This document shows positions 47,401 to 59,400 of a stretch of 64,000 nucleotides of DNA, piece after piece (within the stretch, counting starts at the first letter, position 1; each line of letters begins with the position of its first letter). The stretch comes from Squalus acanthias (Eukaryota), in the NCBI GenBank assembly GCA_030390025.1, contig CM059438.1:38068001-38132000 (forward strand). Direction: 5' to 3'. The notes beneath the pieces are model-generated. The model saw only the letters and a list, made by a program, of their open reading frames with translations. It did not search any database and was not told the origin of the DNA. The position numbers and the translations under genes are program-made.

Positions 47401-50400
47401 AATCGAAAGGGAAAGCAGTGGAACGTGAAGAAGAATTCCTGAAATTTGATGGCCGGTACAACCACTTGTCCACGCCAGATCTGATGTCCTGAGGCATTTT
47501 TTGGTACAAGATATCCATGTCGTTACTATTGTCTAGGTGCCCGAGTCTCCGCTTTAGCATGTACATAGTCTTCTGAAAGCTCAGCGCCACTGCTGGCAAG
47601 GATAGGAACAATTGTCAGAAAGGAATCCTAACCCTAAAAATATCTGTCTATACTTGATTTGTTGTTGGTCTAGATGGGTCTCTGGTCTTTTTCTGTCTTT
47701 TTCATTCTTATCAACTACTTTTTGCATAGTCCAGGGATCGTTGCCTTGATCTGCTTGGTCTCTATCCCTCAGATGCTTGCTATATAAATGCTCTGAGTAA
47801 TTGGAAGAGCCACACCTGTAAATTTGCAGAGAGCCTCTAGTCACTGAGCCATACGGTCAAGTCAAGAATATCTATTTAGGTTGTACTTTATTCTGTTTTC
47901 TGTGGGTTGATTTTTATTTTAGCAGCAGCCAAAGTTCCAATGGACAGCAAATATACTGGACTTCTGTAATCAAACTTAAATTTAAATTAATGCTGTTGTC
48001 CCAATTGATTCTGACTGCAGTGATGTTGGGTTTTATTTTATTATCTACCTCAAGAAATAACATCCTACATGTATTTGTACTTATTTTTAATATTAATGCA
48101 TTCTTTTCATATAAAAATGCATAGAATGATGAGATCCAAAAGTTGAAGGATGATTTGATGCTCAAGGATGCTGATCTGAATAAGGTGAAAAATCTGCTTG
48201 CGAGTTATGAGGAAAAAATTGAAGATTATGTAAGTTTCCAAATTATGTAATTTTAATTGCTTATTGTGGGACAGTTCGACAAATTAACTAGATACTTGCG
48301 CAAATATGAAACTTTAAACCTTCATAGTGACAGTGTAAAACAGAGGTTTTAAGGAGCACAAGCCAAACTCTCTGCCAATTTTGGACTGCAGCAGTTGGAC
48401 CATTGTCTTGATAAGTGCTTTCAAACTTTTTTTGCGCTTGGCCCAGCAAAAAGAAAATCACCGCTTCTTTTGCCTGATCAACTATGGATACTGCTAGCCA
48501 ATACGTTGGCAAAGCTTGCATTGTCTCCCCTGTTCTCTCATCACTTTTCACTTTCCTCATTCTATTCTCATTTCTTACTTTTCTGTTTTTACCTTTTTTT
48601 TTTCCCCCATTTGTTTAACACTTCCCCCTATATTTCCTGAAACATTCACGTGTGATGTGGGGAGAGTCTGCTGGAAGATGGCAGAGTGGCTGTGATGCCC
48701 AGCCATGGTAATTCAGGACTTTATCTCATCCCATTGTGGTCAGCAAACATTTTATTTTAAAGCTTAAATTTTGCACCAGCAGATAGTGGATAGCCAGGAA
48801 AACAGTTGGTCAAAGAGGGAGGAGAACAGCACAATTCTTTACTTGAAGTTTGGACTAAGATCCTTTGTTTTAAAAGCTATATTTGCCTAATTTTAACCAC
48901 TAACTACATCCCACCTGGAAAGGCCTTGGTTGGTCCCCACTATTTATGCAATGAACCCAATTGTATTTACTTTCAAATCTTAATGGTGGTAATCAGTGAC
49001 TGTTTTCACAGCTAAAATTTGAAAACCCCTCTGGATTTTTCTGACTCCTTGATTCCAAGGCTGTTGCTCCCAATGCCTGTCCGGCATCAAGTCTTGGATG
49101 AGTCAAGATTTCCTCCAGAGGCAAAACTGAAGTCTTCCTTTTTGGCTTTCATCAGCTCCTACATGTCTCTGCCTTCAATCCACCAATCTCCCGACTGCCA
49201 TCTTAGGCTAAATCCAGTGATGTAAAATCTGGGTATGCTGCTTGGTCCTAAGCTAAGTTTCCTTCCCCACATTTGTTTTGTTGCAAAGTTGGACGAAGGA
49301 GGTCATAGTAACATTGCCTGCCTGTGCCCCTACTTCTCTCCCATTGATCATGCCTTTGTTACCTTGGGGCTCTAATTTTCTCCTAGCTGGCCTCCCTGCA
49401 ACTCACTCAAAGCCATTCACTTATCTATCTTTTTAACTCCATTATTGATGCTGCTTTTTCAGCCATGATGTCTTTGGAACACTCTTTCCATCCCCTGTCC
49501 TATTTGGAAAAACTTTCTCCAATTGCTTTTTCATCCAGGTGACTCCATTCTACCTATTAATTTCTCTGCTCCATGTCCATTGTGGCCTCAAATTTGTAAA
49601 ATCCTCTGAAGTCTTTCAAATGTGAGGAGCCATACATAAATACAAGCAATTGTTCATTGAGCATAATGCAATCTTGCATATACAGTGGAACATGTTTTTA
49701 AAGACTGCCTGTTCTGCCAAGAAAAAGTGATTTCTCAAATGTGATTGCTCATTGAGGGACAGTGCATAATGTGAGACTTTCTACCCAGAATATTGTGGTT
49801 GCATATGACCGGTGTTTAAAAAGACAGGTTGTGTTGTATTAAATTTTCACAGCCAGAATAGTTTTTATCATGTTATGTAGATAGACTATGCATTTAGATT
49901 CTTTCCTTCCTTTGTATTTTTAAAATCTTTTGCATTCAACAGTCAGTTTGAAATATTATAGTGAAGAAAATGATACCAATAACTGAGGAAATATCTTGCG
50001 TTCTTGTTTATAGTGTGATGGATTTTAGGCAAGACAGTCCTAAGATTGCATCAGAAGTTTAAATTAGGAAGAATGCATTATATTGCATGGGAACATAGGA
50101 ATATACAGGATCAGAAAAGACCATTGATCAGTCCCACTGTCTAGAACATATCTTATCTCACGATACCGCTTATGACCCTCTACCTAGCTTTCCTCCAGGT
50201 ACTTATCCAATTCTCTTAAATTTGTAATCAGTCTTTGCTGGCTGCCTCCTTAAGGTCCATTCCATACATTTAACACCATCTATGTAAGGTAGTTAAATCT
50301 AAACTGTCTTGTAGAATCTGACTAAATTATACATATTGGGATAGAGTTTTTGCTTTGGATTCAACCGGCGATCCGGGAGCAAATTGCGCTAGTTTTGTGA

Positions 50401-53400
50401 AGTGTTTTTTCCCCCCCCCTCAAGTTTATGCTCAAACTCATTTGCATATTGCTGAGCACAAAATCTGCCATAAACCAGTGCAATCGGGCAGCATTTTGGA
50501 ACATAATTTTAAAAAAAAATTTGGAGGAAAAATATTCCGTAATATTTTTGAGTGGTAACTTGGTGTAGTTTGATTAATACAGCTGAAAATGGGTATCACA
50601 AAAAATAAGCATTTTAATCCGTGTCTAGTCCACCACTTGTGAGTAACTCGATTTTAAATAACTGTGACTTTTAAAAACGATACAGAACCATTTACTAGTT
50701 ATATTGGTGTACAGTAGTCAGTTTCTTAGTAAATTAAAAAATTATATTCAATAGTTTTTAAAACTTGCCTATTCGTGTCCTTGTGCCTTAAAAAAAAAAA
50801 TGCTTAATTTTTATAGCCTCCACGTAGGCCTGCAAACAAATGCAATTAGTGGAAACTCGCAATGGTGATTTGTGGGCAGGTCCGGCTTCTAGCACTTTTT
50901 TTTAAACTACCGCAAAAGATCGCAGAAACTCGAGTTGTACTGAACGTAATTTGCGCTTAAAATTGAGCGAACTTTTGTGCTAGGTTGCTGATTTTGGGCG
51001 ACTTGTGCTGAAAAAACCAGTGCAACCGAGTGGAAACTGCAGGCCATTGACATTAATCTTGTCTATACCCTTTAGGATCTTGTATATTTCATTAATGCCG
51101 CCCAGGCCATTTCTTCTCCAGTGCAAACATTTCCAGTCTCCTCCCAAGTCAGGAATCTAATCGCAACTATTAGTTACCTTTCACTGCACCCTTTCTAATG
51201 CATGGATATCTTTCTCATAATATGGTGACAACAACTGTGCAGAATACTTGGTGGAGTCAACTAACATGCTATCCAAACTTGGTCACTGAAATTTGTACAA
51301 TATAGCCTGAGATCCTATTGCTGTCTTAACTGCTGCCACATGCTTTGATGGCTTCACTGATCAATCCACCAGTACCACTAAATTCATCTCCTGTGTTGTG
51401 TCCTGCAGAATATCAATTAATTTACACTACCACTAATTATTATTCTTTCCCAATTTCAGACTTCATTTGTCCACATTAAATGACATCTGCCACTAGTCAG
51501 CCTAGTACCCTAATCTATCTAGCTTCTTCTGTAATTGCAGTCCCTTCCAGCTCGGCATCATCAGTAAACTTTGTTTCTGTTCCCACTTTTAAGTCATTTA
51601 TGTATACTGTAAACAACAACTGCAGCACTGATCCGGGAGGCATCCAATAATTTCCTCCTTCCCTGCTGATTCAGCTACACACAGAACCGTCCTCTGCTTA
51701 AACCAATTTCAGAAGCACTACACCTAGGCCATGCCATTCAGTTTCATGAACCAATCTCCTGCATTGCACGATATCAAAAGCTCAAATCTACATCCAATCA
51801 GTTTTCCCCGTCAACCAGGTTATTTATCTCCTAAAAGATCACTCTAGATTTGCCAGGCATGATCTTTTTAGAAGACTTACTTTTCAATATTTAGATTAAT
51901 CAATAAGGTTATTAGAATGTTAATGTCAAGTCAGTTTTATTAAGATTGTAGTACTTACAATCACACCAAATGATTGGGGAATCAAATGTTTTGTAGCTCT
52001 GAGCTCAGTCTTCAGATTGATTCACCCTCCGAATCTGAATCTGCGTTAAAGTACACTACCGTATATACCTTAACTGCTTACAAGTTTCTTATCAAAATGT
52101 CCTTTAATGGCATGCTCAACATGACCTAATAATGCCTTGTTTACATGCAACTTTATTTGAGCTACAGTGTACATGATCAATTTATGATTTGCAATGATCC
52201 TATTGACATGGGTGAAGATGACTCAACCTTCCATCATCCTGTTTTCAACTTTCTTAATTTGGCAAAAGTAACCATGGTCCTCATATCTTTTCTTCTTGAG
52301 GTTGCCAGGCCAATCTCAAATTTTAATGAGGTTAGAGACTCTCCGTACCATGTATGAATGTTACTAAGGTTCAGTAAATGATGATGCCAGGTGGGATATG
52401 CCTCTCCTTGCAGGGGAAACAAAATGGTGACTTACCGAACAATGGAGCCTCTGCTGTGTCTTTTTTTTTTAACCGGAGTCACCATTCTGAATTTAAACCC
52501 TTTTCACCCATGTCTCCTTACAATCTCCCTCCCGAAAAGTCGTGCTGTCTCCCTCTTGTAATTCCATATTTCTTCAGATGATTTATTACTCTTTGCTTCA
52601 GGACACCCTCCAGTACTTTCTCTCTCATGGGTATCAGAATGACCGGCCTATAGTTCCCTATATGTATGGTCTTCCTCAGTTTTTTTTTAAAGGGTGTTGG
52701 CTAACCTCCGCATGCATCTCTACCTCAATGGGTTTGGAGCTTATCTTTTGCCTTTTTATTATATTGTAACCACTTAGTTTGTTATTGCTGTGCATCAAGG
52801 TGGAATTTTAGAACAAAGCATTTTGTGCATTAGGAGCCTGGGAAAACCATATACTTGCATGGCTCAAGAAAGGGTGTCTTCAAAGCTGTCTAAAATTGTT
52901 TCAGTCTATTCTCTGGAGACTAAACTACATTTAAAGAATAATAATTGTGCCCCTTGACTAATTTACTATTCTGACTGTCTTTTGACACAACAAGTCAACA
53001 CAAAAATAGCTTATTGAAGCTTACTAGTGATTCTTTGCCATCCTCAAGTGAAATCAAAATTCAGTTTCAAATTAGAGCTCTGCCTTTTTCCATCTCTAAT
53101 TACTTGTTTTGTGAGTAATTGCCTGTGATTTTCTTTTGCTGAGTTAGACCTTTGCCCTTCATGCAATTAAAAATAATCTTTTGCTTGCGTCAACCTCCTA
53201 ATCAAAACTTATTTTGGCTTTAACTCTTAATTTTTTCACTTTGTACCCGTTATAGTATAGAAACTGGAATAAGTTGTTTGATTCTATAGCATTGAAGAAA
53301 AAAATTGGCACGTTTTTTTTCTTGTTGCTTCTAGGAGAAGACTATAGAAAATATTCAAGAAATGTTGGAAACACGTGGGATAAGTGAGGATCCATGCACT

Positions 53401-56400
53401 AAACCAATGAAAAATCTTTCAACTACTAATAGAAAACGTACTTGTGAAAATTGTTATGAACCGGAAGACCAGCCACCTTCCAAGAAAGGTACCACTTTAC
53501 CCTGCATTAAAATGATCAGATGCAAGCCAGTACAAAGGAATGATGGTAAAGCAGCTCGTAAATTTCTCAAGCCGAAGAGGAGCAATGGTTTAAGTAAATC
53601 TACGGATATAAGTCTATAAATTCCATTCTTTTCATGAACTATTTCTGAAGAACTTGCATACATACTGTATTCCACTGAATGTACATAAATGTGAAATCCA
53701 CTGAGAGGTTTTATTGTTTGCATTCGCAAAAGTAGCCCTTCTCATGAGTTGTACAGACCAAGCTCACTTGGCTGATTAGTAAACTATGCCATCCTATTGT
53801 GTATCTTGTTTGTACCAGGCATTTCAGGTTAATGTAGTGTGTAACAATATAATTAATTGCTCTTTGTAGACTGACCAGTTGTCCCAAAAAAATGCTACAC
53901 AACACATTTTTGAAGTGCCATGATGGATTTGCATGGTATTAATTTCTGTATGTTATTGCAGTGATGAGCAGGCTGGCAACATGTGGTTGATTACTCTGAG
54001 CGTGGGCATTTGAAAGAACCATATTGTTTATGTTCTACTTGTGCGCCTTGCAATACTTTCTGGTCATTGTACAGTTTTATTTTAGAAAACTTTTCTCTTC
54101 CTATACAACAAAGAAATAATATAATGAAATAACAAATTCAAAAAACAGTCTAGAATACAAAATTCTGAAGATACGGTGTTCTTGGCATGTGGCATGCTTA
54201 TCCTAGAAATCTGAATTCCCTGCATCCCCTTGCATGTCTCATTAGGTGTGGACCTTCATTTGAAAACCTGTGGGTTAACTAAACTTTAGCAAAGCAATGT
54301 GTGCATATTGTTTAAGTGTACTTTTCAAAGCCTTTTTCCACATTAAAATTTTGTATTTTATGAATTTGAAATTTACCATCCCATGTGATATACTTTGTAT
54401 TTGCTGTTTGGTAGCCAAGCACAAAATTATATCTGCTTCTGGAAATTCTTTTAACAAATAAAAAGTTCCGTGAACTTTTATTGTGTTTTTCTTTTTATAG
54501 GTCCATTTAACAAAGAGCCATACAACAGCACCAGCATGAAAACTCTGGAAGAGAAAGTTGAAGGAATGCGAAATGAACTATCTGATAAAGAGAGAGCAGT
54601 GACGACATTAAAGGGAGAAATACAGTCTTTAGATGGCCAGTTAGCTTTAGCCAAAGAGGATCTCGACAATGAGAGAATCTCAAAGGAAGGACTGAGTAAA
54701 CAGGTAGAAAGGCTTCAATTAGAACTAGCTTCTTCGGCTGACACCGCTTTCAAACTAACTGAAGAGATTGCAAACCAAAATTCTCATTATGAAAAGCTGA
54801 TGTTTGAGCTTAAACTTGAGAAGGAATTGAATGAGCAACAATCTGAAAAAATTAAAAAGCTCCAGCTAGAGATAGAATTAGGTAAGCAAGAAATAGCACA
54901 GAGAGAACAGCAAAATAAAGCATTAGAAGATAAAATAAGCAAGCTAAATGATTTCCAGAAAGAATCTGAATTGTGCGCTGTGGAACTGAAAAACACCAAG
55001 GATCTCTTGGAAAAGGCAGATAGAGAGTCTCTGAAGAAAATGACAGAAATTGAATCTCTGCAGAGACAACTATCTGTGCTTAGTCAAGAACTAGATAACG
55101 CAAAGGATACAGCGCAAAGACGGGACAGTGCTCACTTCCATAAAACGATTGAAGCACTCCAGAAGGAGTGTGAGCATATAGTTAAGATGTCATCCCAAAA
55201 AAGCCAGCAAATTCAAGAACTAGAAGAAAAGCTTGAGTTCTTGAAGAAGCAAAGAGCAGATCTCCAGACTGAATGTACTGAACTGAAAGTAAATGAAGCT
55301 ATAACTCAGAATTTGCTTCAAGAAAAAGATGCCCACCTTCAACAGTTGAAAGCGACGCTTGAAGAAACTGAAAATAAAATGCAGGCTTTAATACAAAGCA
55401 AAGAAAATATTACAGAACTACAGAAAGAGCTTGAAAATTACCAACACACACAAAAAGCTCAAGAATTGGAAATCTCAAAAAATAAAGGCAATTTAACCAG
55501 ATTTGAAGCGCAATTGAAAGAGCGAGAGCACCTCATTGTCGATTTGCAAAATAATTTAAAATACACGGAAAAGAAATTACATGACTCGGAAAAATGCATT
55601 GGTGATCTGAAACTACAGGAAATGAGATTTGAGAAAGAAATCAGACAGGCCCAAAATGCTCGGGATGTTGCAACAGAAACTTTATCCAAGAAGGAAGGAG
55701 AACTGGAATGTAAACATTTAGAATTTCTTCAGTAAGTACTCTGAAATGCATTACTTGATGGTGCAAATATGGTATTCGTAACTCTGCAGTACTATTTGCA
55801 GATGTTGACTCTGAAAATGCCAAGCTTTGCTTATTGATGAATGCAAGGTGTATATTACTCTGATATTGCAATACTGTACATTCTTTTCAATTATGCCATC
55901 TTTTAAAATCACTAAACTTAAAAGTGTGACTTAATCCATCTTACCCATTTAATTTTTGCATCTACTGTAATTTTCTAAATTTGATTTTTATAGATCTGAT
56001 CTCTTCCTAATCTTAGAGTCATTGAGTCATAACGGCACAGAAGGAGGCCATTCGGCCTATCAAGTCCGTGCCGGCTCTGCAGAGCAATCGAGTCAGTCTC
56101 ATTCCCCCGCTCTATCCCCGTAGCCCTGGAAGTTTATTTCCGTCAAGTACCTATCCAGTGCCCCTTGAAAACATTGTGTGTGTCCGCTTCCACCACTTCC
56201 GTCAGCAGCGAGTTCCAGGTCCTCACCACTCGCTGCGTAAAAAAGTTTTCCCCCACATGCCCCCTGTATCTCTTGCCGAAAACCTTAAATCTGTGTCCCC
56301 ATGTCCTTATACCATCAACTAGTGGGAACAGCCTTTCCCCGTCTAGCCTATCCAAACCCGTCATAATCTTGTACACCTCTATCAAATCACCCCTCAACCT

Positions 56401-59400
56401 CCTTTGTTCTAATGAAAACAAATCCAGCTTCTCCAACCTGTCCTTGTAGCTAGGATCCCCATCCCCGGAACCATTCTGGTAAATCTCCTCTGCACCCTCT
56501 CAAGGGCCTTCTCATCCTTCCTAAAGTGTGGTGACCAGAACTGGACTCAATACTCCAGTTGTAGCCTAACCAGCGCTTTATAAAGATTCAGCATAACTTC
56601 TCTACTTTTGTACTCAATACCTCTATTTATGAAACCCAAGATCCCATATGCTTTGCTAACCACTCTCAATATGTTCTGCCACCTTCAGGGACCTATGCAC
56701 GTTAACTCCCAGATCCCTCGGTCCCTGCACACTCTTTAAAACTGTGCCATTAAGTGTATATTGCCTCTGCCTGTTCCTTCTGCCAAAATGCATCACTTCA
56801 CACTTCTCTATTAAATTCCATCTGCCATTTGTCTGCCCATTCTGCTAGCCTTTCTATTTCCTGTTGCAGTTGATTGGTATCAGCCTCACTGTTTGCCACA
56901 CCCCCAGGTTTGGTGTCATTGGCAAATTTAGAAATTCTACTTTGTATTCCAATATCCAGGTCATTTATTTTTTTAAAAAAGCAGCAGCCCCAGCACTGAC
57001 CCTTGGGGAACACCACTGTCTGAAAAACAGCCATTTACCACAACTTACTGTTTTCTTTATTCCTTATCCAAGGTGCCACCTATTCATGAGCCTCAATTTT
57101 GTTAACCAGCCTTCTATGTGGTACTTTGTCAAATGCCTTCCTAAAATCCATGTAGACAACGTCCATTGCATTCCCTTCATTGAACCTCTCTGATACTTAA
57201 TCAAAAAATTCAATTAGATTAGTCAAACATGATCTGCCTTTTACAAATCCGTGTTGTCTCTCCTTAATTAGCTTAAACTTCTCCAAGTGCCTGTTAATTT
57301 TTCCTGTGACTATTGTTTCTAAAAATTTTACCCACCACTGATTTTAAACTGACCGGCCTGTAGTTACTAGGATTGTCCTTACACCCTTTCTTGAACAATG
57401 GTGTCACATTTACCACTTTCCAATCCCCACATCTAGGGAAGATTGGAAAATTATGGCAATCTTGCTAGCACTGACGTGGTGAACTCAATAGTCTACGCAG
57501 TTAAGCAATCGCAACAGGCACCTTGCAAAACACTACAATCTGTTTATTTAAAAAAAAACTAAAGTTCTTAAGATTCGTGGGAAATGTTGTGGTTATGTTT
57601 TCCACTGATTCCTGAAAACAGACCTTGGTTTAACTGCTTTTGTAGCAACTGATCCTTCAATGGTTTACTTTTGGAATATGTTTTTGTCCCTCTCCATCCT
57701 GCTGGATTGCAAATTTGACCTTTTCATAGTTTAAAAAGTCTTGTGGTTTTGTATGACCTCTAGCTTATCAGATATTCTGATTTGGTGTATGATTGGTTTA
57801 TGATAAAGACTGTACAAGACTGAATCTTGTACTTTTCTCCTGAATGGTCAACATTTCTAAGTACAATGATTACAATTGGAATTGCTGTTGTGTGACTAAC
57901 CAGAAAAATTGTAAGAAGGGGAGATCAACTTTGCTAACGGATCCTTCCCTTGAACAAAGTTTGTGAAGCTTGTGCTTGTACCTTTTTTTTTAAAACGAGT
58001 ATGGGAAGGTGACTTTCAACTTGCAAAGCATTGATGTCAACAACATTGATAAAATGGCGAGTGCTGTGATCTGTAATACTTAAATATGAAAAATGCAAAA
58101 CCTATGTGTGAAAATCTTGGTCTTCCATGTGCCCACAAACTGATATATCTTGAATAAGAATAGAAAATTAGAGAAGTTAAGTGAAACCTATTCTAATGTC
58201 AGGTTCTGTTCCCTTAATTTTAAAGAATTTTAATGCTCTTTTTAACTATTGATCAGTTTGTTCCTACACAGAGCCACCCAGTGGTAGATACTTCCCAGGA
58301 AGGATAAAGTAAGACAAACAATACTGAAGATAATAGTGAGGAATAAAAAAGTGTACTAGGGTGGTGAAATGGGAGATTAGAAGGCCTAAAAGGAAATATG
58401 AAAAAAAGTCTTGCAATAGTATAAGAGGAAATAGTAACCGCTTATATTCGCTTATTCAAAAGTTTAAAAAAAAAGAGAATGTACGACCACGGATGAAGGA
58501 TTCTAACTGTGTGGAAGATGAATTTATGGCAGAGATATTAAATATTTTACATCAGTTTTTACAATTGATCGGGGAAATGAGAACATAGTTATGCCAAAGG
58601 AAGATATGGAACAATTGATAGAAATGACTAGAAAACAATTTAGTTCTGAAGAAATTAGCATATCTCAATATGGATCTGTCACATGGCCCTATTGGCATAC
58701 ACTCTAGGTGTTGAAACAATGTAATCAGAGACAAGATGGCCAGGGCCTGGCCACGGTTTGTCAAATCTCATGCAAACTGTTCTGTGGGACGAGAGTAATA
58801 AAGAAAGACTTGCATTTAGTGTCAGCATAGATTTTTGTGTTCCAGTCTCTGGAGTGGGACTTGAACCCACACCTTGTGACTCAGCGACGAGAGTGCTACC
58901 AACTGAGCCACAGCTGACACTAACACCCTTGTTTAAGGAGAGAGTAAAATGCACTGGGTAACTATAGACTAGTTAGCCTAATGTCATTTGTGGAAAATCT
59001 TAAAATCCATAAATAGAGATAAAATTAGTAAGCATTTACAATTGCATGGGTTAATCAAGGACATCCGTGCTGGATTTGTTGAAAGCAAGTTGCGCTTAAC
59101 AATTTTTTTTTTTATAAAGTAGTGACCAATTTGGATAGATAAAGGGAATATAGTTGTAGTGTACATGTTTCTTGAGAAGGAATTCCATAAGGTGTCCCGA
59201 GGCTTGTTACAGGCCTATGGTATATGAGGAAATGTAGCAGCATGGATTAAAAAGTTGGTTGGTGGATAGGAAATAGTTAAAGTAAATGGATACTGCTCAA
59301 ACTGGAGGAGTGTTTGAAGTGGTGCCCTAGGGGTCAGTGCTGGGTCCACTTTTGTTCCCTGTGTATATAGATGATTTGGACTTTGGCCTCGGGAGCACAA

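Noticed and set aside
54470-55735. 421-aa ORF as a stand-alone single-exon gene (myosin/SMC-like coiled coil)
   Set aside because: Its start is a GTG inside a polypyrimidine tract. It is bounded by AG (54500) and GT (55732) in phase with the neighbouring KIF20B exons.
58860-58915. tRNA gene on the minus strand (also 28590-28646)
   Set aside because: Box A and B are present but followed by SINE body or tail, with no complete cloverleaf. These are SINE heads.
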